A stretch of DNA of 64,000 nucleotides from Marispirochaeta sp. (GTDB lineage Bacteria; Spirochaetota; Spirochaetia; JC444; Marispirochaetaceae), in contig CAXXFF010000004.1 in the NCBI GenBank assembly GCA_963676835.2, positions 416,001 through 480,000 on the forward strand, read 5' to 3'. The stretch's first letter is position 1, and the number at the start of each line of letters is the position of its first letter. The notes beneath the pieces were generated by a model, which saw nothing but the letters and a program-made list of their open reading frames with translations, had not been told where the DNA came from and made no database searches. The position numbers and the translations under genes are program-made. Below, piece by piece: positions 21,976-32,161 of this stretch.

Positions 21976-22743
21976 ATGGTACCGGCAATCGAAAAAGCGG
22001 ATCTTATTTTTTCCTTTCTCATGGAACATCCCGAAGGGGCAAGTCTGAAAGAGACAAGCTCCATGCTCAACATCCCAAAATCAACCACTCACCGGCTGCT
22101 GGTTTCACTGACCAACCTGGACTATATTGAGCACGACACCCAGGCCGGCCGCTTTTTCCTGGGGCCAAAACTTATGTCACTTTCCCGGGCCGCTGAACGC
22201 AGACTCAATCTCAACCGGATTGCCACCCCGTATCTGCAGGAGCTCTCCGATACAACCAGAGAGACGGTAAAACTCAGCATTATCCGCCACAACAAGGTAT
22301 ATGTAATAAATACTGTCCTGAGTCCCCGGATCATGAAGATTACCGTGGAATCCGGTACAATCTTTCCACCCCATATCGGAGCAGCTGCAAAGATGCTCCT
22401 CTCATCTCTTTCCCGGGAAGAGATAGAAGAATATCTTTCCGGAGAACTTGAAGCCTATACACGCAATACCATTACCGATAAAGCCTCACTGAGAAAAGAG
22501 CTTGAAACCATTCAGGAGGAAGGGGTTGCGAGGGACAGGCAGGAGGAAACAGTAGGCATAAGCGGAATTGCAGTACCTGTCAGGGACTCATTCGGCGGCA
22601 TTGTTGCCACCGTCAGCATTCCCTATCTAACCGCCCTCAGGCAGGAAGAAGACCTTCTGCCCAGCCTGCTGGAATGTGCCGAAGCCATATCACGGCGTCT
22701 CGGCTACTACGACCATACAAACAATGCGCCGGCGGCGCAGTAA
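21976..22743 (+). CDS. IclR family transcriptional regulator
   Basis: VPAIEKA..IPKSTTHRLL helix-turn-helix; C-terminal effector domain with IAVPV. Confidence 0.92.
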   Translation: MVPAIEKADLIFSFLMEHPEGASLKETSSMLNIPKSTTHRLLVSLTNLDYIEHDTQAGRFFLGPKLMSLSRAAERRLNLNRIATPYLQELSDTTRETVKLSIIRHNKVYVINTVLSPRIMKITVESGTIFPPHIGAAAKMLLSSLSREEIEEYLSGELEAYTRNTITDKASLRKELETIQEEGVARDRQEETVGISGIAVPVRDSFGGIVATVSIPYLTALRQEEDLLPSLLECAEAISRRLGYYDHTNNAPAAQ

Positions 22744-22761
22744 ATAAAAGGAGTACAAAAG

Positions 22762-23418
22762 ATGAATGCAACTTTGAAACAGAAGTATGATTCCATGATC
22801 GAAACACTGCGGAAAATCCGGGTGGTACCGGTCGTCAAAATCGAGGACGCAAAAGACGCAGTGCCCCTCGGAAAAGCCCTGCTGGAAGGCGGCCTTCCCT
22901 GTGCGGAAATTACCTTCCGGACAGCAGCCGCGGAAGAGGCTATCAGCCTGGTTACCAAAGAACTGCCGGAACTGCTTGTTGGCGCCGGAACCGTACTGAC
23001 CCCGGCACAGGCCGATGCGGCAGCAAAAGCTGGAGCAGCCTTCATGGTTTCTCCCGGCTTCAACCCCCGGGTTGTAGACCACTGCCTGGGAATGGATATG
23101 CCCATATTTGCGGGAATCAACAACCCCACCGGCATTGAGATGGCCCTTGAACGGGATATCCCTGCGGTTAAGTTCTTCCCCGCAGAACCCTCCGGCGGAC
23201 TGGGCATGCTCAAAGCCATGGCAGCACCCTACGGCGACATCCTGTTCATGCCCACCGGCGGTGTAAACGCCAAAAACATCAGTACCTACCTTGGTTTCTC
23301 CCGGGTACTTGCCTGCGGAGGAAGCTGGATGGTTCCTTCCGACCTTATCTCTGCCGGAAAGTTTGACGAGATTACAAAACTGACCAAAGAGGCCGTTGCA
23401 GCTGTAGCTGCGATATAA
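22762..23418 (+). CDS. eda: KDPG/KHG aldolase
   Basis: AEITFRT, VGAGTVL, VKFFPAE and FMPTGGV motifs. Confidence 0.95.
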   Translation: MNATLKQKYDSMIETLRKIRVVPVVKIEDAKDAVPLGKALLEGGLPCAEITFRTAAAEEAISLVTKELPELLVGAGTVLTPAQADAAAKAGAAFMVSPGFNPRVVDHCLGMDMPIFAGINNPTGIEMALERDIPAVKFFPAEPSGGLGMLKAMAAPYGDILFMPTGGVNAKNISTYLGFSRVLACGGSWMVPSDLISAGKFDEITKLTKEAVAAVAAI

Positions 23419-23447
23419 GCGCGCTCCTTCTTATAAGAGACTTAAGG

Positions 23448-23477
23448 GCTGCCGGAATTAATCCGGCAGCTTTTTTT
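23448..23477 (+). terminator. Rho-independent terminator after eda
   Basis: GCTGCCGGA-attaa-TCCGGCAGC followed by T7. Confidence 0.8.
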
Positions 23478-24051
23478 ATTTCCAGCTGTTTCTGAAGGCA
23501 AAGGACGAAACCTCCCCCCGGGGAGTCCGCACCGCCTCTTTTTCCCGAAACTCTTCGGGACAGCTGTCGGGTTCTCCCGGATAGCCCCAGGCTACTGCAG
23601 CAACAGGAAGATAATCCTCCGGAATGCCCAACACTTCTGTTGCCTTTTTCCGGCTGAAGCCCGCCATGGGATGTCCGAAAATGCCCATGGATGTTCCCTG
23701 CAGCAGCATGGACATAAGAAAAAGACCGGTGTCATGCTGGGCAAAAAGATTTTCACTGCCGTTGGCCCTGTATAAACCCCGGGCAGCGGTAATCATCAAA
23801 GCCCCGGCAGATTCCGCCCAGCTCTGATTCTTCGGGCTGAGACAGCCCAGGAGGTTTTCGAACTCCTTTGAGTCCTGCTTCAGGGCGTATACACAGCCCC
23901 AGGGCTGCTCGTTGAAACATGACGGCGCGAAGCGCCCCGCTTCCAGAATACTTTTCATATCAGTTTCTTCGACAGGTTTATCGAGAAAGCTTCTGGGGCT
24001 GTACCGTTTTGTCAGCAGATCAATAATGGGTGAATCTGGTGTTCTGCTCAT
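23476..24051 (-). CDS. Nitroreductase family protein
   Basis: KRYSPRSF, APSCFNEQPW and HPMAGF motifs. Confidence 0.92.
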   Translation of the reverse strand: MSRTPDSPIIDLLTKRYSPRSFLDKPVEETDMKSILEAGRFAPSCFNEQPWGCVYALKQDSKEFENLLGCLSPKNQSWAESAGALMITAARGLYRANGSENLFAQHDTGLFLMSMLLQGTSMGIFGHPMAGFSRKKATEVLGIPEDYLPVAAVAWGYPGEPDSCPEEFREKEAVRTPRGEVSSFAFRNSWK

Positions 24052-24222
24052 AGCTTTGCTCCTTCTTATATGGAGGAAAAATACTCAGGAAACTGCTGCA
24101 GGGCAAATACGGGCTTCGAAGTGTTAGATTTTTGTGAGCAACATTACACAGGGAAAACCATTGGTATCATTTAGCTCCTCTTGTTGCTATAATTGTATGA
24201 TTCCACACCGCAGGAGACCGGG

Positions 24223-25197
24223 ATGAGCACCGAATACTGGATAGGATTTGACCTGGGCGGAACCAAAATGATAGCAGCCCTTCTGGACAGCAAACTCCAG
24301 GTACTTCAACGTATAAAAAAGCGAACCTCTCCCCAGGATGGCAACAGCGCTGTTCTCAAGAGAATATGCAGTACCATTGAAGAGGTTATGACCCTTGCCG
24401 GAATATCCTCAGAGCAGGTTGGCGGAATCGGCCTTGCAGTACCGGGCCCCATGGACAGGGATGCGGGGATAATTATTGATACACCCAACCTCGGATTTCA
24501 GAACCTTGCCCTGAAGCCCTATGTGGAACAGCACACCGGCTTGCGGGTAATTTTGGAAAATGATGTAAGCGCCGGAACCTATGGAGAATTTGTCCGCGGA
24601 GCAGGACAGGGCTACCGGGATTTAATCGGTGTATTTCTGGGTACCGGCATCGGCGCGGGACTGATTCTCAACGGCCGCCTTTACCGCGGAAAAAGCGGCA
24701 ACGCCGGAGAATTCGGCCACATGATTATACAGACCGACGGCCCCATGTGCGGATGTGGACGTAAAGGCTGCGTCGAAGCCCTGGCAAGCCGGCTCTCAAT
24801 AAGCAAGGACGCAGTCTCTTTGGCCTCATCGGGAAAAGCTCCGGTGCTGCACGAACTGGCGGGAACAGATATATCTCTTTATAAAAGCGGCGTTTTCAAG
24901 CAGGCATGGAAAAAGAAGGATCCGGCGGTCAGGGAACTGATTCAGAGGTCGGCCCACTATCTCGGCATCGGACTGGCCAACGCGGTCAACCTGCTGAATC
25001 CCGAAGCGGTTATCCTCGGGGGTGGCCTGATTGAAAAGATCGGCAAACCCTACCTGACTGCCGCCAGGGATTCGATGCGGACCTATGCTCAGCCCGGGAT
25101 TGCCGAGGATGTGACAGTTCTGCCTACAAAACTGGGAGATGATGCGGTACTCATAGGAGCGGCCGCCCTTGCAGCAGAGGAGCTTACCAAAGAATGA
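24223..25197 (+). CDS. ROK family sugar kinase (glucokinase-like)
   Basis: DLGGTK, LEND, GTGIGAG, GEFGH and CGCGRKGCVE motifs. ATG at 24223 follows an AGGAG SD. Confidence 0.9.
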   Translation: MSTEYWIGFDLGGTKMIAALLDSKLQVLQRIKKRTSPQDGNSAVLKRICSTIEEVMTLAGISSEQVGGIGLAVPGPMDRDAGIIIDTPNLGFQNLALKPYVEQHTGLRVILENDVSAGTYGEFVRGAGQGYRDLIGVFLGTGIGAGLILNGRLYRGKSGNAGEFGHMIIQTDGPMCGCGRKGCVEALASRLSISKDAVSLASSGKAPVLHELAGTDISLYKSGVFKQAWKKKDPAVRELIQRSAHYLGIGLANAVNLLNPEAVILGGGLIEKIGKPYLTAARDSMRTYAQPGIAEDVTVLPTKLGDDAVLIGAAALAAEELTKE

Positions 25198-26726
25198 GCT
25201 ACCGACTTATTTCCATAATCGATGTGGGATCAACGGCAATACGTATGCTGATTGCCGAAGTGGACGAAAAAAATCAATGGAGAATAGTAGAGTCCGCCGG
25301 GAAATCAATTCCCCTGGGACAGGATGCCTTTACCAGTGGAAGAATCAGCCTGAAAACCCTGCGCCAGTCAGTCCAGATTCTGAAAGGCTTTGTTGAGATT
25401 CTAAAAGGGTGGAAAATTAATCCTGAAGAGGTAAAAGCCATTGCCACTTCAGCTGTCCGGGAAGCTGCCAACAGGGACACCTTCATCGACCGGATCGCCA
25501 TCCAGACAGGCATAATGATTACCCTGGCCGACGGTATCGAAGAAAACCGACTCACTTATATAGCGGTACAGTACGCCCTGGCACCGATCAGCGGCCAGTT
25601 TTCCCGTTCAAATTCACTGATAATCGAAGTCGGCGGGGGCAGTACGGAACTGATGCTGCTCCAGCGCAACCGCATGGTGGCGGCCCACTCCCTTAAGATA
25701 GGCACCGTACGCACCCAGCAGCAGGTCCTCTCCACCCTGGGCTACAAGGACCACATGCATCAGTATATTGCAGAAAGCGTGCAGACCCTGAAGGACAGAC
25801 TGGACACCGAGTTTGAGCTTAAGCGCATCAAATATTTTGTTGCCGTCGGCGGCGACGCCCGGGTTGTGGCAGCGCGAATAGGGCGTAAAGAACACCAGCA
25901 CTTTTCCGTAGTGGACAAGCAGGATTTCCGCAAATTTGTAGCCGAGACGGCGGCAATGAACACAGAAGAGATCATGGAATCACTGCAGATTCCCTACGCC
26001 ACGGCAGAGCTGCTGATTCCGGGACTGCTGATGTACCAGGAATTCCTCGAAGGAACCACCGCCTCCCAGCTGATAATTCCCAGTATAAGCATCAGGGAGG
26101 GAGCACTTCTCAGCTATACCCTCCATGAAGGCCATTCGGTCAGAGAAAAATTCTCAGCCCAGATTCAGGCCTCCGCACTGAGCCTTGCCCGGCGCTACTA
26201 CTTTGACGAAAAACATGCCCGGCAGGTTACCAAACTGGCCCTGCTGCTTTTTGACGGCATGCGGGACGAGTTTCAGCTTAAACCGGAATCACGGCTCCTC
26301 CTGGAAGTGGCGGGTATCCTCCATGATATCGGCACCTATATCAGCGCCGGCGGGCATCACAAGCATGGACAGTATCTTATCGAGCACTCCGAGGTGTTCG
26401 GGCTGACCCGGGAGGATATCCTGATAATCAGCAATATTGTGCGCTACCATCGGAAAAAAGCGCCCAATCCAGGCAATCTGAGTTACCAGCGGCTTCCCCG
26501 CCGGGAGCGCCTGAGAGTATTGAAGCTTGCAGCTATTCTGCGCATAGCAGACGCCCTGGACCGGGGACATACAGGACGCATAAAAACCATAAGCCTGGAA
26601 CGTGATGAAGGCAGGCTGATCATCACCTGCAGCTACAACGGCGACATTGCAGTGGAACGGTCGGGCATTGCGGAAAAGGGTGATCTTTTTCAGGAAGTCT
26701 TTGGACTGAGAGTTATAATCCGCTGA
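25194..26726 (+). CDS. ppx: Ppx/GppA exopolyphosphatase with HD domain
   Basis: IDVGST, ATSAVREA, GGGSTE and LHDIG motifs. Confidence 0.92.
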   Translation: MSYRLISIIDVGSTAIRMLIAEVDEKNQWRIVESAGKSIPLGQDAFTSGRISLKTLRQSVQILKGFVEILKGWKINPEEVKAIATSAVREAANRDTFIDRIAIQTGIMITLADGIEENRLTYIAVQYALAPISGQFSRSNSLIIEVGGGSTELMLLQRNRMVAAHSLKIGTVRTQQQVLSTLGYKDHMHQYIAESVQTLKDRLDTEFELKRIKYFVAVGGDARVVAARIGRKEHQHFSVVDKQDFRKFVAETAAMNTEEIMESLQIPYATAELLIPGLLMYQEFLEGTTASQLIIPSISIREGALLSYTLHEGHSVREKFSAQIQASALSLARRYYFDEKHARQVTKLALLLFDGMRDEFQLKPESRLLLEVAGILHDIGTYISAGGHHKHGQYLIEHSEVFGLTREDILIISNIVRYHRKKAPNPGNLSYQRLPRRERLRVLKLAAILRIADALDRGHTGRIKTISLERDEGRLIITCSYNGDIAVERSGIAEKGDLFQEVFGLRVIIR

Positions 26727-26754
26727 GCAACAGCGGTATCGGGAGTCGGAACAG

Positions 26755-28866
26755 ATGAACTTTAAAGGAAAGAAATATTTTTTCAACCGGGATATCAGCT
26801 GGCTGGAATTCAATAACCGCGTCCTGTCGGAGGGCCTTGAACCGTCGGTCCCGCTCATGGAGCGTCTGAAATTCCTGGCCATAACCAGTTCAAACTTCGA
26901 TGAGTTCTTTATGGTCCGGATAGCAACCCTTAAACGGGCGGTTCGTGCCGGAAACCACATAAACTGCCCCTCAGGCCTTACTCCGGAAAAACAGCTGAGC
27001 CTGATAGATAAAAGGATAAGGGAAATAGTTGCCGCACAATACCGCTGCCTGCAGGATGAAATATTCCCGGGAATGCGTGAGCACGGAGTTATCTATCTTC
27101 CGCCGGAAGAGTGGACCCCACGGCAGCTGCGGCAGATTCAGACCCTGTTCCGCAACGAACTCTTCCCGGTGCTCAGCCCTGTCCGCATCAACGATGAAGA
27201 GCCTTTCCCCTATATCGCCGGCCTGCGGCTTCATCTGCTCTTTTCCCTGGTAAAAGAGGGATCCGATGAGGAGAAATATGCCCTGGTCCAGATTCCCGAA
27301 GACCAGTCCCGGGTAATCTATCTCCCGGACAAGGGAGAGGATAAACCCTTCACCCTGCTTGAGGACATTCTGCTCCATCAGGGCGAACACCTTTTTCCGG
27401 GATACTCCATAAGGGAGGCAGCGATTTTCCGTATTACCCGGGATGCAGACATGGGCGTGGACGAACAGCGGGATGAAGACTTTGTGGAAGCCATGGAAGA
27501 GGTGCTGGAAAACCGAAAAACCGGCCGGGTTATCCGCCTGGAACTGAGTACCCACTCACCTGCACTGAAAGAGGCTCTTTTGGCCAGGGTAAACTCCGAG
27601 AGTACGGACATTTACGAAATCGACGGTCCTCTGGATTTAAAGAGCTTCATGGGCCTGGCCCTGAGTCAGGGCGGTCCGGGGCTGCATGACCCCGAATGGC
27701 CATCATACCCCTCGGCAGACCTGCAGGTTGATGAGAACATATGGGAAACCCTGAAAGACCGGGACATACTGCTGCACCACCCCTACGACAGCTTTGATAC
27801 GGTGGTAAAAATGGTACAGCAGGCCAGCATCGACACGGAAGTCCTGGCAATCAAGATGGTTCTCTACAGAACCAGCGGCTCATCCCCCATAGTCAAGGCC
27901 CTCAAAACCGCAGCCGCCGCCGGCAAACACGTTACCGCAGTGGTGGAGCTCAAAGCCAGGTTCGATGAAGCCCGCAATATCCGCTGGGCAGAGGAACTGG
28001 AAAGAGCCGGCGTCATTGTTGTCTATGGTATAGCTCACTTAAAGATACACGCAAAACTGCTGATGATAGTCCGCCGTGAGGTGGACCGTATACGGCGCTA
28101 TATTCACCTTGGTACCGGAAACTATAACGACAGTACTGCAAAGCTCTATACAGATATGGGACTGTTAACCAGTAACGACGACATCGGCGAAGATGCCTCC
28201 ATGGTATTTAATGCCATTACGGGATACTCCAACATTCCGGAGCTGAAAAAGATTGTAATGGCCCCGACAACCCTGAAAAACCGCATAATTCAGCTTATAG
28301 AACGGGAGGCTTCACGCTCAAGCAGCGAAAACCCCGGACTGATCCGGGCAAAAATGAACTCCCTGGCCGATCCGGATGTGATTAAAGCCCTTTACACGGC
28401 ATCAATGGCTGGTGTGAAAATAGAGCTGAATATCCGCGGCGTCTGCATGCTGGTTCCCGAAACCGCTCCGTTCAGCAGCAACATCTCGGTAATCTCCGTA
28501 ATTGACCGCTACCTTGAACACACCCGGCTTTTCCATTTTCAGAATGGCGGAAACGATGAATATTTTCTGGCCAGCGCCGACTGGATGCCCAGAAACCTGG
28601 AACGGCGGGTTGAACTCATGTTTCCGGTTACATCAAAAGTCCATAAGCAGCGCCTGGATGAGGCCCTGAACATTTACTTCAGTTCCAACAGCAAGTCCCA
28701 CCTGCTGAGACCAAACGGAAGCTATGAGAGGATACAAGCGGGGAAAAAGAGACCCTTAAGGGCTCAGGAGTTGTTTCACCAGTCTGCCCGGCATGCTGCA
28801 GAAGCTCAGATAGTCTCACCGAAAAGAGAATTTACCGTACGGCGAAAGCCCCCTGCAATTGATTGA
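26755..28866 (+). CDS. ppk1: Polyphosphate kinase 1
   Basis: NRDISWLEFN, LHHPYDSF, ELKARFDE, KIHAK and SADWMPRNL motifs. Confidence 0.98.
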   Translation: MNFKGKKYFFNRDISWLEFNNRVLSEGLEPSVPLMERLKFLAITSSNFDEFFMVRIATLKRAVRAGNHINCPSGLTPEKQLSLIDKRIREIVAAQYRCLQDEIFPGMREHGVIYLPPEEWTPRQLRQIQTLFRNELFPVLSPVRINDEEPFPYIAGLRLHLLFSLVKEGSDEEKYALVQIPEDQSRVIYLPDKGEDKPFTLLEDILLHQGEHLFPGYSIREAAIFRITRDADMGVDEQRDEDFVEAMEEVLENRKTGRVIRLELSTHSPALKEALLARVNSESTDIYEIDGPLDLKSFMGLALSQGGPGLHDPEWPSYPSADLQVDENIWETLKDRDILLHHPYDSFDTVVKMVQQASIDTEVLAIKMVLYRTSGSSPIVKALKTAAAAGKHVTAVVELKARFDEARNIRWAEELERAGVIVVYGIAHLKIHAKLLMIVRREVDRIRRYIHLGTGNYNDSTAKLYTDMGLLTSNDDIGEDASMVFNAITGYSNIPELKKIVMAPTTLKNRIIQLIEREASRSSSENPGLIRAKMNSLADPDVIKALYTASMAGVKIELNIRGVCMLVPETAPFSSNISVISVIDRYLEHTRLFHFQNGGNDEYFLASADWMPRNLERRVELMFPVTSKVHKQRLDEALNIYFSSNSKSHLLRPNGSYERIQAGKKRPLRAQELFHQSARHAAEAQIVSPKREFTVRRKPPAID

Positions 28867-28918
28867 ATTTTTATTGGATTTATTACTCCGGCTAGCATAC
28901 AATAATTAGTGGAGTAAC

Positions 28919-29812
28919 TTACGAGGACTTTTCAGCTTCTTCCATCGGGGACCGTCCGGATTCGTCGGGCGGTCTTTTTTTGCCCTGATCACCCATCCCG
29001 GACAGATCATCTTTCTCATTCAAAGCGTAATAGCGAACGAGCAGGGTCGCTATCACCACAATATCCGCCAGAATCCTCAGAATAATGCTGTAGCTTACTG
29101 CTCCTGCCATGGCGCCGTAGACAATAAACCTGCGCCCGGCGGAACGGATAATAAAACCGCTGAGAAGATTAACCAGCTGCCAGATACCGGAAGCTGAAAA
29201 AGAGATAAGCAGAAGGGGAATAAGCTTGAATCTCTTTCCTGCATAGACAATCTGACAGAAGGCAAAGAAGAAGCTGGTAAGAACCAGAGAGAGCAGCATA
29301 ATACCGAAAGGAAGAAAGCGGCTGCTGAAATGGCCGAAGGTGTTGATAATTCTCACCCCCATGGAGAGAACCGCCGAGGCATAGACAAACAGCAGGCTCC
29401 CAACAACCATGGCGGCAGATATTCCCCTGGCCTTCCACCAGCTCCTGCCGACCCCGCCGAGCATGGTACGAATAATCCTCTCCAGGGATTCAAAGAGGAA
29501 GAAGATTGTCACGAAGAATGTAACCGAAGTTAACGTTCCAAGGGCCCCCTTGGACTGACTGAGATATTTTATCTGATCGAGGATAATTTCCGAAAGGGAC
29601 TGGGGGAGCAGTGTGAGGACCTCCTCCTGGAGCAGCTGCAGAAGCTGCAGCCCCGGAGCAAGATCAACCAGTAAAGCCGCGGTCCAGAATACGAGAAAAA
29701 TCAGGGGCAGCAGGCCGAGCAGAAAATTATATGCAAGCCCCTTCGCCAGAAGAGGGCCATTTTCCGCATAATACCGCTGCACTGTCACCTGAATAACTCT
29801 AGGGCATCTCAT
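28919..29812 (-). CDS. YihY/BrkB family membrane protein
   Basis: LAKGLAYNFLLGLLPL and VYGAMA motifs, several TM helices. Start trimmed to ATG 29812 because the ORF-track extension overlaps the riboswitch. Confidence 0.75.
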   Translation of the reverse strand: MRCPRVIQVTVQRYYAENGPLLAKGLAYNFLLGLLPLIFLVFWTAALLVDLAPGLQLLQLLQEEVLTLLPQSLSEIILDQIKYLSQSKGALGTLTSVTFFVTIFFLFESLERIIRTMLGGVGRSWWKARGISAAMVVGSLLFVYASAVLSMGVRIINTFGHFSSRFLPFGIMLLSLVLTSFFFAFCQIVYAGKRFKLIPLLLISFSASGIWQLVNLLSGFIIRSAGRRFIVYGAMAGAVSYSIILRILADIVVIATLLVRYYALNEKDDLSGMGDQGKKRPPDESGRSPMEEAEKSS

Positions 29813-29856
29813 CGATTGAATAGTACCGAAAAGAAAAAAGACTGGAAACCCCGGCC

Positions 29857-29885
29857 TTGACGGTTGAAAACCGGCGGTGTAATCT
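29857..29885 (+). promoter_or_regulatory. Sigma70-type promoter for the riboswitch-btu transcript
   Basis: TTGACG-N17-TAATCT just upstream of the riboswitch. Confidence 0.6.
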
Positions 29886-29892
29886 TTCCGGG

Positions 29893-30048
29893 CAGACAGG
29901 ATCGGCAGAAAACCTGCCGGAACAGGGAAACGGGTGCAAGCCCCGTGCGGTCCCGCCACTGTAAGAGAGTAAACCTGCACACTGCCGCTGTCTTTAAGGA
30001 CAGAACGTATGCAGAAAAAAACTCCCGAGCCAGGATACCTGACCTGAT
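29893..30048 (+). ncRNA. Cobalamin (B12) riboswitch; ends approximate
   Basis: AGGGAAACGGGTGCAAGCCCCGTGCGGTCCCGCCACTGTAA core and GAGCCAGGATACCTG B12 box, upstream of a btuFCD-like transporter. Confidence 0.9.
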
Positions 30049-30149
30049 TGCGTACCAGAAAGATTCACGGAGTATGGATCGGGTACGGACTCCTGAGCGT
30101 CCTGTATCCACTCATCCGGGACTGAACAGAACGTATAATAGGAGATCCC

Positions 30150-31085
30150 CTGAAAACGCACCGCCCCCTGATCGGTACAATACTGCTGTTTCTTTCAACC
30201 CTGACTATAAACACCCTGCCGCTGTCTGCAGGGGGGGTACCCGAAACAGAAAAGAGTCAGACTTCAATCACCGCAACCCGCAGCATGACCGACAGTTATG
30301 GACGAAGGGTCGATTTTCCCGAAGATCCCCGCAGGCTTATTTCCCTGGGACCGAATATGACGGAAATTATCTTTGCCCTGGGACGGGGGAGCGACCTTCA
30401 GGGACGGACAGACTGGTGCAATTACCCGGCGGAAACAGCCAATATTCCATCTGTGGGCTCGCTTTTGGAGCCGAACATAGAAACCCTGGCAGCCATGGAG
30501 CCCGACCTTGTCCTGGCGTCCACCCATTTTCAGAAAGCCAGTCTTGAGCTTATGGAAAAACTGAATATTCCGGTTCTTGTTCTCTACGGAGAATCAAGCT
30601 TCAATGGTGTCTACAGCACCATCAGTCTGGCTGCAGAAGCCCTGGGAGTTGAACAGGCAGGAAAAAACCTTATAGCGGAAATGCAGGAACGGGTAAGAAC
30701 CGTTACCGCCAGGGTAAAGGACAAACCGGAACCTTCCGTCTACTACGCTATTTCCTATGGAGACACCGGGGACTATACCGCCGGAGGCGACACATTCATC
30801 AACCAGCTTATCGGCCTTGCAGGGGGACGCAACAGTGCTGCCGACCTCAAAGGATGGGCATACAGTATCGAAATGGTTATGCAGAATGATCCGGATATTA
30901 TCATCTGCCCGGATACCCCCGGGTTCGCAGAAGGCCTTAAGGAAGCACCGGGGTACAAATACCTGCGCGCCGTAAAAGAGGGCCGGGTTTTCACCATCGA
31001 CCCCGACCTCATAGACCGTCAGGGCCCCAGACTTGCTGAAGGACTGGAAGCCCTTGCCCGGATCCTGCACCCGGAGTCCTTCTGA
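30150..31085 (+). CDS. btuF: Cobalamin ABC transporter substrate-binding protein; probable CTG start
   Basis: RLISLGPNMTEI, PNIE and RQGPRL motifs. The in-frame extension to CTG 30150 encodes a signal peptide and follows AGGAG. Confidence 0.85.
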   Translation: MKTHRPLIGTILLFLSTLTINTLPLSAGGVPETEKSQTSITATRSMTDSYGRRVDFPEDPRRLISLGPNMTEIIFALGRGSDLQGRTDWCNYPAETANIPSVGSLLEPNIETLAAMEPDLVLASTHFQKASLELMEKLNIPVLVLYGESSFNGVYSTISLAAEALGVEQAGKNLIAEMQERVRTVTARVKDKPEPSVYYAISYGDTGDYTAGGDTFINQLIGLAGGRNSAADLKGWAYSIEMVMQNDPDIIICPDTPGFAEGLKEAPGYKYLRAVKEGRVFTIDPDLIDRQGPRLAEGLEALARILHPESF

Positions 31086-32161
31086 TGACCCCTTCAGGAA
31101 AACAATCCGGCAGCAAGCGCTCAACCCGGTTTCTCCTGGCCCTGACCACAAGCCTCCTAACCATTGCAGCCGTATTCTTTTCCGCCTCCATGGGTTCTGC
31201 AGATATCTCCTTTCGTGATGCGGCAGGCATTATCCTGGACTTTTTTTTCCCATTCCTGCACTGGCACTACCCGGATCTTGCCAGGAAAATAGTGCTTGAA
31301 CTGCGCCTGCCGAGAATCATGCTTTCCCTGATTGTCGGAATGAGTCTTGCCTGCAGCGGAACGGTTTTCCAGGGGATATTCCGCAACCCCATGGCAGACC
31401 CGTACATACTGGGTATCTCATCAGGGGCTGCTTTCGGCGTAACCCTGGTAACCGTAAGCACTGTTCCTCTTTCACTTCTCTCGGTTATTCCTTTTCTGGG
31501 GGGAATGCTCCTTCCTGCAGCGGCATTTGCCGGAGCAATAGCGGCAGCTCTGCTGGTTCTGCTCATATCGGGAGGAATGAAACAGACAAGCCTGATCCCG
31601 CTGCTGCTCTCCGGGGTAGCCGTCAGTTTTCTGCTCTCTGCAGCCATTTCGCTGCTGATGTACCTTCACCGCGATGAGGCACAGCGGATTCTCTTCTGGA
31701 CCTTCGGCAGCTTTGCCTCACCATCATGGAATAAAGTACTCATATCCGGCTGGATACTCCTTACCGGACAGGCGCTGATCTATATATTTCACCGCGACCT
31801 GGACCTGCTGACCCTGGGCGAAGAGTCAGCCCGGTCTCTTGGAGTCCGGGTACGCAGAACCAGGATGCTGCTTTTAGGAACCGCCACGGTTATGACCGCC
31901 TCGGCTGTTATGGTAAGCGGAATCATCGGCTTTATCGGGCTTATAGTTCCCCATGCGGTGAGACTGCTTACCGGGCCCCGTCATAAACTGCTTATTCCCT
32001 GGAGCATGAGGGCCGGAGGGCTTTTCTGCCTGCTCAGCGATACAATTGCCCGCTCCATAATGCCCCCGGCGGAAATACCCGTGGGTATTATCACCGCCCT
32101 TTTCGGCGCCCCCTATTTTCTTTTTCTCCTGCGCCGCCGTACAGGCAGGTTCTCCAGATGA
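31085..32161 (+). CDS. btuC: Cobalamin/iron-chelate ABC permease (FecCD family)
   Basis: LRLPR, FRNPMADPYILGISSGA and IGFIGLIVPH motifs. Confidence 0.9.
   Translation: MTPSGKQSGSKRSTRFLLALTTSLLTIAAVFFSASMGSADISFRDAAGIILDFFFPFLHWHYPDLARKIVLELRLPRIMLSLIVGMSLACSGTVFQGIFRNPMADPYILGISSGAAFGVTLVTVSTVPLSLLSVIPFLGGMLLPAAAFAGAIAAALLVLLISGGMKQTSLIPLLLSGVAVSFLLSAAISLLMYLHRDEAQRILFWTFGSFASPSWNKVLISGWILLTGQALIYIFHRDLDLLTLGEESARSLGVRVRRTRMLLLGTATVMTASAVMVSGIIGFIGLIVPHAVRLLTGPRHKLLIPWSMRAGGLFCLLSDTIARSIMPPAEIPVGIITALFGAPYFLFLLRRRTGRFSR

Noticed and set aside
24133..24148. CRP/Rex-like TGTGA-N6-TTACA upstream of the ROK gene
   Set aside because: A single imperfect match that could arise by chance.
29864..30547. 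227-aa plus-strand ORF, and the 5' extension of the YihY ORF to 29980
   Set aside because: Both overlap the riboswitch and promoter, and their composition is not protein-like.
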